A stretch of 64,000 nucleotides of DNA from Candidatus Parcubacteria bacterium. Its GTDB lineage: Bacteria > Patescibacteriota > Saccharimonadia > Saccharimonadales > 2-12-FULL-41-12. Shown here piece after piece: positions 8,675 through 18,490 of this stretch. Under the pieces are notes generated by a model. The model ran no database searches. It was given only the letters and a program-made list of their open reading frames with translations, and had not been told where the DNA came from. The translations under genes were made by a program, and so were the position numbers. How positions within the stretch are numbered: position 1 is the first letter of the stretch; every line of letters starts with the position of its first letter. Location of the stretch: the NCBI GenBank assembly GCA_019347895.1, contig JAHWKM010000002.1:8565-72564 (forward strand), read 5' to 3'.

Positions 8675-10866
8675 TTAGCGCTTAGTTTTCGAAGTAGCTG
8701 CAATACGTCAGATACGCCGCTGATCTGGTAGCGGGCTTCGGTCTCTTCCAAGCCGATCTTGATGGTAAACGAATCTTCCGGAAGTGATCTGAACATATCC
8801 TCATCCGTATAATCATCGCCGATACAAAGTACAAAATCAGGCTTATGGATAGCAAACATATCCTCGGCCACGAAACCTTTGTTGATGCTTTTGGGTTTTA
8901 TTTCAATTATTTTTCTGCCGCTATATATGCCGAATTCGGTGTTGGCCAGCAGTTGGTTTAACTCATACTCAATACCGGCATTGCGCGCGTGCGCCAGCTC
9001 GACCAATACATTCCGGTAATGCCAAACTATAGCGAATTCTTTTTCTTCAATTCTGGCTCCCGGCGTGCGGTCTAGATAGCGCTTCAAAATATTAATAATA
9101 TTTTCCCGAAGGCCGTTTAGTGATATGTCCGGTCTCGACCACTCATTTTCAGACTTTATCCAACCGCCATGTTCAGCCGCCAGTGAAACATCCAGATCGC
9201 CAAACCAGCTCTCCAGAACCCCCCTTGGCCGGCCGCTGACTATACAAACTTCATTATTGTTTATAGCTGCCAGATTCTTAATCAAATCTTTTAAAGCTTT
9301 GGTCGGATTAGCCCGCTTGGAATCATAGCTGGAAACAATATTTCGAAGTGAGCCGTCGTAATCCAAAAGCAACAACCGCTTTTTAGACTTGCCATAAGCC
9401 TGCAGGAGCTTTTGTTCCGCTTCTTTATTAAGCATTTTTTCGCCGCCCCTATGCTGCCAGCTTTTTGACTCCTCCAGCTGTTCGGCAAAATCTTCGCTCC
9501 ACCGGGCTACCGTGTATTTCGAAATTCGCCGCTGCATTGATTTTATTTTTTGTATTTGGGTTTTCTCAGGCATATTCAAGGCAGTCTCTATGGCATTAAC
9601 AATTTGGCTAATATCATTGGGGTTAATCCTTATAGCTTCCGGCAATTCATCAACAGCGCCCGCCATCTCGCTTAAGATCAAAACACCGGGTTTATGCTGT
9701 TTGGTAGCCACGTATTCTTTAGCGACTAAATTCATGCCATCGCGAAGCGGAGTAAGAAGAGCGACATCAGAAACCCAAAAAAGAGCCGCTACTTCCTCAA
9801 ACGGCAAGTTTTTAAACTGGTAGGATATCGGCGACCAATCAACCGTGCCGTAACGGCCGTTTATACGGCTGATCTTTTTTTCTATTTCATTTCGAAGGTC
9901 TTTATAAGTTTGGACTTCGGTCCTTGAAGGCACAGCCACCACTACTAAAACTATTTTTTTGATCCAGTCGGGATTATCCTTCAAAAAAAGCTCAAAGGCT
10001 TCCAGCCGCTGAAAAATTCCCTTTGAGTAATCCAGCCGGTCCATAGACAATATAATTTTCTTGCCGTCATGATACTTTTCCAGCGACATAATTTGCTTTT
10101 TGGTTTTTTCGTCCTCTGTAACTTTGGCAAATTTTTTATAATCAATACCTATAGGGAAGGCGTCGACTTTGACGATCCTTCTGCCAATATTTATAAGCCC
10201 GTGTTTATTTTCTACGCCTAAAATTCTAAGTGTGCTGCTTAAAAAATGTCTGGCATAGTCATATACTTGGAAACCTATAAGATCCGCGCCTAATAAACCT
10301 TGCAAAATTTCCGCGCGCTGCGGTAGCAATCGGTATATTTCATATGATGGAAATGGCGTGTGTAAAAAGAATCCAATGCGGGAATCCGGCAGGCTAGAAC
10401 GAAGCAAACGGGGCAACAGCATCAGCTGGTAGTCGTGTATCCAGACCATGCTGTCTTTGTCCGAATTTTTTAGAACTACCTTTTTGAATATGTCATTAAC
10501 TTCTTTGTACCCGCTCCAGTAAGTTGTGTGGTGTTTTACCTGGGATTGAAAATAATGAAATAGCGGCCAGATTGTTTCATTGCAGTAGCCGTCGTAATAT
10601 TTTTCTATTTGTTTTTTACTGAGAAAAACAGGAAAGCAATCCAGTTCTTTGAGCTTTTTAGTAATCTGGGCCTTTTCAGCGGCGGATAGGTCATCGGTAG
10701 CAATACCGGGCCAGCCAATCCAAAGTCTATTGCTGTGATTAGTCGGCAGGCTGGACATAGCGGTGGCTAATCCGCCGGAACTGAGCGTAAATTGAAGTTT
10801 GTCTCCTTTTTTTGAGACGCGGACGGGAAGACGATTGGAAACTATCAATAATTTTTTTTCAGCCAA
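8671..10866 (-). CDS. otsAB: Bifunctional trehalose-6-phosphate synthase/phosphatase (OtsA-OtsB fusion)
   Basis: VSNRLP, GGLATA, WIHDYQL, DRLDYSKG, RDGMNLVAKEY, then HAD DYDGSL and IGDDYTDEDMF. Confidence 0.95.
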   Translation of the reverse strand: MAEKKLLIVSNRLPVRVSKKGDKLQFTLSSGGLATAMSSLPTNHSNRLWIGWPGIATDDLSAAEKAQITKKLKELDCFPVFLSKKQIEKYYDGYCNETIWPLFHYFQSQVKHHTTYWSGYKEVNDIFKKVVLKNSDKDSMVWIHDYQLMLLPRLLRSSLPDSRIGFFLHTPFPSYEIYRLLPQRAEILQGLLGADLIGFQVYDYARHFLSSTLRILGVENKHGLINIGRRIVKVDAFPIGIDYKKFAKVTEDEKTKKQIMSLEKYHDGKKIILSMDRLDYSKGIFQRLEAFELFLKDNPDWIKKIVLVVVAVPSRTEVQTYKDLRNEIEKKISRINGRYGTVDWSPISYQFKNLPFEEVAALFWVSDVALLTPLRDGMNLVAKEYVATKQHKPGVLILSEMAGAVDELPEAIRINPNDISQIVNAIETALNMPEKTQIQKIKSMQRRISKYTVARWSEDFAEQLEESKSWQHRGGEKMLNKEAEQKLLQAYGKSKKRLLLLDYDGSLRNIVSSYDSKRANPTKALKDLIKNLAAINNNEVCIVSGRPRGVLESWFGDLDVSLAAEHGGWIKSENEWSRPDISLNGLRENIINILKRYLDRTPGARIEEKEFAIVWHYRNVLVELAHARNAGIEYELNQLLANTEFGIYSGRKIIEIKPKSINKGFVAEDMFAIHKPDFVLCIGDDYTDEDMFRSLPEDSFTIKIGLEETEARYQISGVSDVLQLLRKLSAN

Positions 10867-10953
10867 ATGAAACTTACCTTGCTTAAAACCCCTGCGGAGT
10901 CACTAGAGTTATTATTGCATAGTTCAAACCGATATATAAACACGAATAGCGTT

Positions 10954-11637
10954 TTATTGCTGGTACTTTTTCACAACCTCTGGATATTTTTGCCGGTAAT
11001 CTTCGCTAAATTCGCAAGTTTCCTGGCATTCAGGAACCCAATATTCCAAACCTCTTTTCTTGGAACCGTAAAGAAAGCCGCCCTTACCGCCGCGTCCTTC
11101 GTAACCAATAGTGGTCACTATGTATTTGTCATCCGACTCACCGCCAACAAACTTATCCTGGGAATAGGCCTCAATATGAATGGCTGCAAAAGTATTAGGA
11201 TGGTAATCAACCATTGGATTAACCAGCTTGTCCATCAACTCTTGTTTTTCCTTATCAGAGAATAAACCTTCGGGTTCGAAAACAACTATAGTTTTTTGCT
11301 CTTCAGGTTCTTTTTTATCAAGCGTTGGAACTTTGTCGCTAGTTGATGCAGCCTCTTTACTTAAGGCAGGCTCGGTATTGAGCGCTGGAGCTTCTGACAT
11401 GGGAACTATAACCTCATTATTGTAATCATGGGCACTATCTTGTTCAGCTTTTAGAATATAACTGAGGCTTACTAAGCTGACTATCACCAAAATAATTGAA
11501 GCAGGAGCTATCACTTTAGACTTAAACTTAAACTTCCTGGTTTTGGATGCAGGGCCCAGAGTTTCAACTGTAGCTGCGCGGTGATCGCGCGGCGGATCAA
11601 TGCTAGTTTTATTCATATATGCTTGTAGTTTTAACAT
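10954..11637 (-). CDS. Hypothetical single-pass membrane protein
   Basis: N-terminal TM; C-terminal WVPEC-x3-C motif. Confidence 0.75.
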   Translation of the reverse strand: MLKLQAYMNKTSIDPPRDHRAATVETLGPASKTRKFKFKSKVIAPASIILVIVSLVSLSYILKAEQDSAHDYNNEVIVPMSEAPALNTEPALSKEAASTSDKVPTLDKKEPEEQKTIVVFEPEGLFSDKEKQELMDKLVNPMVDYHPNTFAAIHIEAYSQDKFVGGESDDKYIVTTIGYEGRGGKGGFLYGSKKRGLEYWVPECQETCEFSEDYRQKYPEVVKKYQQ

Positions 11638-11675
11638 TATACACTAGTAAAAGCATAAAATTAACTTTAAGCGGC

Positions 11676-13286
11676 TTATAATAATTTTTTCTTTAGGTTT
11701 GAAAAGGCTAAAATAGCTTCGTTCCGCCACTCCCATAAACCATAAAATAGCGCGCCGATTATACCGCCGACAGCTAGAAATAATCCTTGCTTACCAGCTG
11801 TAGATGCCGGAATATCCTGCACTGGTTTCTGGCCACTAGTGTTAAGAATACTGGCGACATTTCGGCAGCGGTTTGTTTGAGGATTGCGTTCCTTACCTTT
11901 TGCACAAGGTTTTAGTCCGGAGCCGGAAGTGGATTTTTTACAGCGGTTGGTTTTTGGATTGCGAATTTGATCAGCGGCGCACGGCTTTAAACCGGCGTCG
12001 GAAGCAGACTTTTTGCAACGGTTGGTTTGAGGATTTCTAAACTGATCTGGCGCACAGGCTTTAAGAACTGATGACAAGCTGGCCAGGTTACGGCAGCGGT
12101 TGGTTTCGGGGTTGCGAGTTTTGCCGGGAGCGCAGGGCGCGAGACCAGTTGTGGCGGTAATGATATTACAACGGTTCGTTTCAAGATTTCGCAATTGCCC
12201 TTCGGGACAAGGCTTGAATTTTATAAGTTCATTAACGTCGTTCGGCGTAAGCATAAATGTTTCAGCAAAACCACTAGAAAATAACGACCAAGAAGCATCG
12301 TCGCCTAAACCGCCAGGATATTCAACAGTTGATATTTCTGCGTCATTAGTGTTAATCAAATAAACCGTCCCGCCGGCAGAATTGGCAAGCGTAAGACCCG
12401 TTTCATCATTATAAAACGCCCTGTATTGACCCGGTGCTAAATTCTGCTGATCCAATACATACGACTTTGAGTTAGCCGTGGTTTCCAGGCCGCAGCCCTC
12501 AAGCAAAATAGATTCACTGGCCGGATTATGCAGCTCAATAAACTCCTTTCCCGCGTCAGCCCCGGCCGGATTAGGCAAAACCTCCGAAATAATAATCCCC
12601 TCACAGTTATTCGACTCAATAGGCTGTTCTTCTATCTCCTCGTTTGGTATATAGCCGCCAGTCACTGGATCAATCGGCAATGTTGGGGTCGAAAAAATTT
12701 CTCCCGCAGCATACAAAGGATTATCCGGTAAAATCCTTTTTACCGAATAACCGGCTGAGATTTCAGATGTTTTCGGCCAACTTTGGATTTGGTTCGCGCT
12801 ACCCCAGCCAATTTGATCCATAACGATACCTGCATCATCAACCAGCCTTACGTGGCCGCCGCTTTTAGCTAGCAAACCCGATGCAGCAGTGCTGCTTTGC
12901 CCAAAAAAAATGTCAGCATTTTGCATGTAGTTAACATAACTTACAAGCACATAGCCGCCCGTTATTATGACACCGTCAAAGGTAGCCAGAGTACGAGTTG
13001 GCGCAACCTGGAGGTTGCCACTATGGCCAGCTGAAAGATATTCTAGCCGCCAACCAGATAGACTTATTTCTGTATCTTCTGAGGCATTATGCAATTCAAT
13101 AAATTCCTGCTTGCCATCTTCAATCTCGCAAATTGTTGCCTCGACAGTCTTCCACTGTAAGCAGCCACCCGTCTGAACTTCGCTTATTACCACCGAGCTG
13201 CTAGACAATACTTGAGCTGAAATATTAAAAGCAGGCAACAGAATTGAAATAGCAAAAATAAACAATAAACCAAAGGTTTTTAACAT
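11676..13286 (-). CDS. Secreted lamin-tail-domain protein with five Cys-rich repeats and C-terminal TM
   Basis: Two ISEV...EFIELHN lamin-tail motifs; C-x5-RN-P/L-x-TNRC repeats. Confidence 0.85.
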   Translation of the reverse strand: MLKTFGLLFIFAISILLPAFNISAQVLSSSSVVISEVQTGGCLQWKTVEATICEIEDGKQEFIELHNASEDTEISLSGWRLEYLSAGHSGNLQVAPTRTLATFDGVIITGGYVLVSYVNYMQNADIFFGQSSTAASGLLAKSGGHVRLVDDAGIVMDQIGWGSANQIQSWPKTSEISAGYSVKRILPDNPLYAAGEIFSTPTLPIDPVTGGYIPNEEIEEQPIESNNCEGIIISEVLPNPAGADAGKEFIELHNPASESILLEGCGLETTANSKSYVLDQQNLAPGQYRAFYNDETGLTLANSAGGTVYLINTNDAEISTVEYPGGLGDDASWSLFSSGFAETFMLTPNDVNELIKFKPCPEGQLRNLETNRCNIITATTGLAPCAPGKTRNPETNRCRNLASLSSVLKACAPDQFRNPQTNRCKKSASDAGLKPCAADQIRNPKTNRCKKSTSGSGLKPCAKGKERNPQTNRCRNVASILNTSGQKPVQDIPASTAGKQGLFLAVGGIIGALFYGLWEWRNEAILAFSNLKKKLL

Positions 13287-13381
13287 CAGTCCCTCAAAGT
13301 TAATCCATTTAAACTACTGCCAAAACAATAAGTCTGTCAAGCACCAGCATAATAGTCTGTCTAAAAATACAACAATAAAAC

Positions 13382-13419
13382 TGTCCCGAAATCTGTCCGA
13401 TCGGACATAAAACGGTACA
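13382..13419. repeat. TGTCCGATCGGACA palindrome copy 1
   Basis: Core 13394-13407; tgtccgatcggacataaaacg repeated at 13962. Confidence 0.85.
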
Positions 13420-13439
13420 AAAATGTTTCGGCTAAAGAT

Positions 13440-13940
13440 TTAAATTCGGTGAGCTTCGAAGACTTGAACGAAATTTTCTAACTTATTTTGTTTAATCTCA
13501 GATTTTAAATATTCACGCGAATCAAAAGTTGAGATCCAGACACTTTTTTGAACTTGGGAAAAAGCAAGTTCCCTTAGTAAAATTCTCAGCTGTCTTCTTT
13601 TAGATCGATCTTTTTCAGGGATATCAAAAATAACCATAAGGCTAGAGTTCTCAAGCTTTTCCGGACTAAATGGCATTAATTTGGACTGGCCTTTATTTGT
13701 TAGGCGCGGATTTTTGCCGTTCGCACTGAATTCAATTAAGCCATTTTTAACGGCGCGATAGTAAGTTGATCTGATAGCTTTTTTATTTATTTTGATCCGA
13801 TCGAGTTTTTCCAAGTCATTAAAAAACTGATTTGGCTTGAATGTTAATTTCACATTTGCTTCGGTGTAGGGAATAAGTCCGGCAAGTATATAATGTAGCG
13901 GCGATCTGTATTTTTTACCCAATCTATCATACTCACTCAT
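13440..13940 (-). CDS. PaaX-like regulator with Cas2/VapD-like C-terminal domain
   Basis: wHTH-like ...RLTNKG then MVIFDIPEKDRSKRRQLR...QVQKSVWI; start 13940 preceded by TACAAT-7nt. Confidence 0.8.
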   Translation of the reverse strand: MSEYDRLGKKYRSPLHYILAGLIPYTEANVKLTFKPNQFFNDLEKLDRIKINKKAIRSTYYRAVKNGLIEFSANGKNPRLTNKGQSKLMPFSPEKLENSSLMVIFDIPEKDRSKRRQLRILLRELAFSQVQKSVWISTFDSREYLKSEIKQNKLENFVQVFEAHRI

Positions 13941-13961
13941 AAATTTTATTGTACCAAAATA

Positions 13962-13988
13962 TGTCCGATCGGACATAAAACGTAACAG
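13962..13988. promoter_or_regulatory. TGTCCGATCGGACA palindrome copy 2, overlapping promoter of the PaaX-like gene
   Basis: Core 13962-13975 covers the spacer/-35 position relative to the -10 at 13948-13953 (minus strand). Confidence 0.7.
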
Positions 13989-14128
13989 TTTTTATTATTT
14001 TGAGATGGAAAAGGTTTTGAGTATTAGGAAGGCTTGGGTAAACGGACTGTAGGGGGAGAGTTTGGGGTAGGCTGTTGCAGGGAAGGTGTTTTTTGGCTAC
14101 AATTTATGGAAATAATCAGGGAGAAATT

Positions 14129-15016
14129 ATGAATTCAGACCAGGCAGCAAAGATTCGCGAGGGGAAAGGGTTTGTGGCAGCACTTGACCAAAGCGGCGGT
14201 TCTACGCCAAAGGCTTTAAAGCTTTACGGAATTGACGAAGACCAATACAGCTCCGAGGAGGAAATGTTCGACCTTATCCACGCTATGCGCAGCCGGATAA
14301 TTACCAGCCCGGCCTTTAGCGGCGAACGCATAGTAGGAGCAATTTTATTTGAAATGACCATGGACCGTCAGATTGAAGGCATACCGACTGCCCAATACTT
14401 ATGGGAAAGGAAAAATGTCGTGCCATTTTTAAAAGTTGATAAAGGCTTGGCCGAGGAAGCCGACGGCGTGCAATTGATGAAGCCGATTCCAGAGCTTGAT
14501 GTTTTGCTGCAGCGCGCCGCGGGCGGCGGTATTTTCGGCACCAAAATGCGCAGCGTTATAAAACTGGCAAATCCGGCAGGCGTAAAAGCCCTAGCCGACC
14601 AGCAATTCGAGATAGGAAAACAAATTATCGGTCAGGGGCTGGTGCCAATCATCGAACCGGAAATAGATATCAACAGCCCCGAGAAAGCCGAAGCAGAAAA
14701 TTTGCTTAAAACCGAAATTTTGGCTCAGCTTAATAATTTGAGCGAAAGTGATTCACTCATGCTGAAGCTCACCTTGCCAAATTCAGCCGGTTTTTATAAG
14801 GAATTAGTTGATCATCCGAGAGTACTTAAGGTCGTAGCGTTATCCGGCGGCTACACCAGAGACGAGGCCAATGCCAAATTGGCACAGAATCCGGGCGTGA
14901 TTGCCAGCTTTTCGCGGGCCCTAACTGAAGGCTTGTCGGCCCGTCAATCGGACGAAGAATTTAATTCAGTTCTCGATTCCTCCATCGAAAGCATCTACCG
15001 GGCTTCTATCGCTTAA
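14129..15016 (+). CDS. fda: Fructose-bisphosphate aldolase class I
   Basis: [45 protein letters not shown]. Confidence 0.95.
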   Translation: MNSDQAAKIREGKGFVAALDQSGGSTPKALKLYGIDEDQYSSEEEMFDLIHAMRSRIITSPAFSGERIVGAILFEMTMDRQIEGIPTAQYLWERKNVVPFLKVDKGLAEEADGVQLMKPIPELDVLLQRAAGGGIFGTKMRSVIKLANPAGVKALADQQFEIGKQIIGQGLVPIIEPEIDINSPEKAEAENLLKTEILAQLNNLSESDSLMLKLTLPNSAGFYKELVDHPRVLKVVALSGGYTRDEANAKLAQNPGVIASFSRALTEGLSARQSDEEFNSVLDSSIESIYRASIA

Positions 15017-15030
15017 CCAAGCAACCAGGT

Positions 15031-16014
15031 TTAAGTATCGTAGCGATATTTTTGATACTTGTTAACTATTTTCTTATCGCCAAAAACAAAAGGTACTCTC
15101 TCGTGCAGTTCATCAGGTGCCACTTCCATGGCATTCTCATTGTTTATCAAGGCTACACCGCCGGCTTCATGCATTACATGCGCCAAAGGTTTTACTTCAT
15201 ATTGCATGCGCAATTTGCCGATGTAACCACCGTCACTACTAACGGCGGGGTAAAGAAAGATTCCGCCTTTTAGTAAAGTTCTGTGGAAATCAGCTACTAA
15301 AGCTCCGATATACCGGCTGGATCCGCCGTTTTTAACCAGTTTGTCGATTGCCTTGGCTTCTGAGCCCCGGAATTTGGTTTTGTTGCCTTCGTTATAGCTA
15401 ATATATTTAGCAGTTTCCGGTATTTTGATATTTTCCTGAGTTAGAATAAATTCGCCGTTATCAGGATCCAGGGTGAATTCATGCACGCCTTTGCCGACAG
15501 TAAATACAAACACTGTGCTCGAGCCATAGAGTACATAACCGCTGGCCAGCTGGGATCGGCCTGGCTGCAAAAAATCAGCTCTAATATCCGCCCAGGAGGG
15601 AAGCACGGAGAAAATCGTACCGACAGTGGCATTGATATCTATATTACTGCTGCCGTCCAATGGATCAAAGGCAACGATAAAACCGGTTGTTCTGCCCCCG
15701 GAAACATCTACGACATCTTTTTCTTCTTCACTGGCCAGACCGACGATTTGCTCATTTTCAGATAAAATTGATTTAACAATCTCATTGCTTCGGTCATCCA
15801 ACTTTTGGACCTCTTCAGCATGTATATTTTTCCCGCCGGCGGCACCATGTAAATCCAACAGCCCGCTGCGCTGCACTTCGTGGGCGATTTTCTTGCCGGC
15901 GTCGGCAATGTCGGAAATTACTAAATTGAGCTCAGCCTGGATGTTACTGTCTCGCAAATGTGATAGAAGGTAGTGTGATAGTGTCAATTTGTCGCCTCTT
16001 ATAATAGTTGACAT
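15031..16014 (-). CDS. fbp: Fructose-1,6-bisphosphatase class 1
   Basis: EEVQKLD, ASEE, FDPLDGSSNID, RYIGALVADFHRTLLKGGIFLYP, GKLR. Confidence 0.95.
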   Translation of the reverse strand: MSTIIRGDKLTLSHYLLSHLRDSNIQAELNLVISDIADAGKKIAHEVQRSGLLDLHGAAGGKNIHAEEVQKLDDRSNEIVKSILSENEQIVGLASEEEKDVVDVSGGRTTGFIVAFDPLDGSSNIDINATVGTIFSVLPSWADIRADFLQPGRSQLASGYVLYGSSTVFVFTVGKGVHEFTLDPDNGEFILTQENIKIPETAKYISYNEGNKTKFRGSEAKAIDKLVKNGGSSRYIGALVADFHRTLLKGGIFLYPAVSSDGGYIGKLRMQYEVKPLAHVMHEAGGVALINNENAMEVAPDELHERVPFVFGDKKIVNKYQKYRYDT

Positions 16015-16045
16015 TATACGGCATGTTTTCTGCCGAGACTATGGA

Positions 16046-17497
16046 TTATTCAACAACACTCGGCGAGCCAAGGAAATCATGCCGGGTCCGCCGCCAAATA
16101 TAAATAATAAACACTAAAATTGCGCAGTAGCTGGCAATCATGGCCGCCAAAGAAAAATCAGTCTCAGCCAAAGCTATCGGCAGTATGGCCAGTTTGTCGA
16201 CTACGGTTGTCATATACGAAAGTAGGGCATTTGCCGGCCAGCCAAAAATTGTCAGGGTTCCGAAGGCCAGGCTAAATGAACCGGCGAAAAAAGTCAGCAG
16301 CATTGTTAGCGGAATAAACAAAAGTATAAGCAAGTTCGCCGGCAGTGCCAGGGCGGAGTATTGATTGAAAATATAGGCAATTAGCGGAGCAGTCATGATC
16401 TGGGCCGAAAGCGTTTCCAAAAATACCTGATGGATGGGGTTAACTTTTTTAATTTTACCCCAAAAATAATGAAGCAAGAGCGGCGAAACGATAATGACGC
16501 CCGCGAAGGCCGTAAACGATAAGTACCAGCCGATATCGCCCCAGATATAGGCAGGATTGAGCATGGCCGTTACAGCCGCCGCAAAACCCAGAAGAATTAT
16601 CGGATGAATCCGCCGCCCGAAGTACCAGGCCGCTAAACTCAAACCGGTAATAAGCGCCGCTCGCGACATCGACGGACTAAAACCGGTGACCAATACAAAG
16701 CTGAATACCAGCAGGCTTGTGACTAGTGTGGCCAGGTATTTGGAGATTCTGGCAAAAGCCCGCCGGGCAAAACGAACCAAAATTGTTAAGTTATAGCCGC
16801 TGGCTACAACAATATGGGTTAACCCCAGCAATTTTAAGTTATTGTCCAAATCTTCTGGCAGGGTAGAGTGCTGGCCGGTTAAATATCCTATACCAAGCGA
16901 AGCTTCCGGCTCGGGAATGACCTTTCTAACTCCGTCGGCAAACCAGTCGCGAACTTCTCGTGCAATATCCGCATGCTCCACCTGCAAGATTTGCTTCAAA
17001 TCCGCCCTGAACATGACGGCCGCGAAGCTTCCAAAGCCTTCGCTTAGCAGACCGCTAAATACCACCGTGTCGCTGCGTTTTATTTCCGTATTATCTGATG
17101 TGCTGACCCAGACAGTACCGTTCACAGACTGATTTTCTATTTGTATATTTTTGAGTTTTACCCTTTGGTCGCCATCGGTTGAAAAAGCTGTATCCTCAGC
17201 CACAGTTCCCTGCAAAACAACCCGCTCGCCAATATAGGCCTCATAAGCTTGTTCTGATAAAATCGTAACTGATCCGCGCCATAAGCCTAAAATAAGCCCG
17301 GCCGCAATCGCCAGAATTATTATTTTTCGGGATCGATTCATAAACACCACACACAAGAGTGCCAAAGCGGCAATCAGCCAGGAGATATGCGAAAAATAGT
17401 TGCCGGCAACTAACGCCAGGGCTATACCTCCAAGACAGCCAAACGATATCCAAAAGATTAGCCAAGCGGGATGCCTTTTTAGATTATTAGTTTGCAT
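16046..17497 (-). CDS. comEC: ComEC/Rec2 competence channel (no beta-lactamase-like domain)
   Basis: GLTHIVVASGYN, SPSMSRA, GWYLSF, ANL motifs; many TM segments. Confidence 0.92.
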   Translation of the reverse strand: MQTNNLKRHPAWLIFWISFGCLGGIALALVAGNYFSHISWLIAALALLCVVFMNRSRKIIILAIAAGLILGLWRGSVTILSEQAYEAYIGERVVLQGTVAEDTAFSTDGDQRVKLKNIQIENQSVNGTVWVSTSDNTEIKRSDTVVFSGLLSEGFGSFAAVMFRADLKQILQVEHADIAREVRDWFADGVRKVIPEPEASLGIGYLTGQHSTLPEDLDNNLKLLGLTHIVVASGYNLTILVRFARRAFARISKYLATLVTSLLVFSFVLVTGFSPSMSRAALITGLSLAAWYFGRRIHPIILLGFAAAVTAMLNPAYIWGDIGWYLSFTAFAGVIIVSPLLLHYFWGKIKKVNPIHQVFLETLSAQIMTAPLIAYIFNQYSALALPANLLILLFIPLTMLLTFFAGSFSLAFGTLTIFGWPANALLSYMTTVVDKLAILPIALAETDFSLAAMIASYCAILVFIIYIWRRTRHDFLGSPSVVE

Positions 17498-18212
17498 CTT
17501 CGCCTGCTAAGGGCAAAAGCTGGCCGGGGCATCTACTAATTATTCGTTTCATGGATTCGTACTCAGCCTTTGTCACCCATAGTAAATACTTAACCTTTAC
17601 CGCAATTTGCCGGGCCACATATTGGCAGCGATAATCTTTATTGGGCGGGAGCCATGTAGCCGCATCACCATTGCCTTTCTGCTGGTTAGCCGGACCGTCG
17701 ACTGCCAATAGGTTCAGGGAATCATTGGCAAACTTTAGCCTGGTGGGTTCATCAAGAAGCTGGGCGCCTTTTTGCCAGGAATCAGACAATGCTACGACAT
17801 GGTCAATTTGCACGGCTTGACTGGTTTGGCTGCCGCGCTGAAAATCGAGCTGCTTTCCCGTGTATGGGTCATTTAACACTCCGCTTAAGACGTGGCAGCC
17901 ATTTGTTTGGTCGATTATAGTCTCCGTTAGGTCACGCTCAAGAATATTGTTGCGTGTATCGCAGCCGTCAAACTCAGCCCAGCCGCTGCCAAATTGATCC
18001 CTTGAGTAGCCCGTCTTTGGCGCCCGCCCTTTGATTTCTAATTTATTTAATTCATCATTAGCTAAATGTTGTCCGTCGACAGAAACAGATGTAAATTGTT
18101 CTATTGTACTAGTAGGCTGAAACAAATTAAAAGTAATCCCAGCCAAAGACAGCAAGGCTAAAATAAGAACAACCACGACTCTCCGCCGTCTCTCAATCAT
18201 GCAAAAAATCAT
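17487..18212 (-). CDS. Membrane-anchored HNH endonuclease (DUF1524-like)
   Basis: GYSRDQFG, CDTRNNIL, QIDHVVAL, FAND..NLLAVDGPANQQKG; overlaps comEC start. Confidence 0.85.
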   Translation of the reverse strand: MIFCMIERRRRVVVVLILALLSLAGITFNLFQPTSTIEQFTSVSVDGQHLANDELNKLEIKGRAPKTGYSRDQFGSGWAEFDGCDTRNNILERDLTETIIDQTNGCHVLSGVLNDPYTGKQLDFQRGSQTSQAVQIDHVVALSDSWQKGAQLLDEPTRLKFANDSLNLLAVDGPANQQKGNGDAATWLPPNKDYRCQYVARQIAVKVKYLLWVTKAEYESMKRIISRCPGQLLPLAGEDAN

Positions 18213-18308
18213 AACACCATATTGCTATTTTTGATAAATTAATTTCTATTTATAGGATTTATTACTTTATTGAAAGAAGTTATGTTTGGTTCTTTTTAAA
18301 ATAACATC

Positions 18309-18490
18309 TAAAATAAAGGTAATGGGTTGCCAAATTATTCACTTGAGTGCTAGGCGTTATTTCTTTTTGAGAAACGGACGAAGCCGTACATACAGCTGCG
18401 GCGTAGGAGCATCGCAGGAAAAAATAGCGCATAGTACCAAGCCGTCAGGGTTTCTGGCTCACGCTAGAAAGCAGGTCAAATAGTGAAAAA
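18309..18490 (+). promoter_or_regulatory. Structured leader (family L) with 53-aa uORF (18322-18483) upstream of guaA
   Basis: TAAAAT-7nt-ATG; cacttgagtgct...aacggacgaagccgtaca...gagcatcgcag...ccaag matches dapB leader; TAG overlaps guaA GTG. Confidence 0.7.

Noticed and set aside
9125..11425. Antisense ORFs over otsAB and neighbours (and most short antisense ORFs in the track)
   Set aside because: Opposite well-supported genes, with no motifs or initiation signals.
13440..13976. Cas2 / CRISPR-Cas system
   Set aside because: No repeat-spacer array or other cas genes in the window; the protein has PaaX-like architecture.
18300..18482. Purine riboswitch before guaA
   Set aside because: The TA..TATGG..GTTTCTAC core is absent; the region matches the family-L leader instead.
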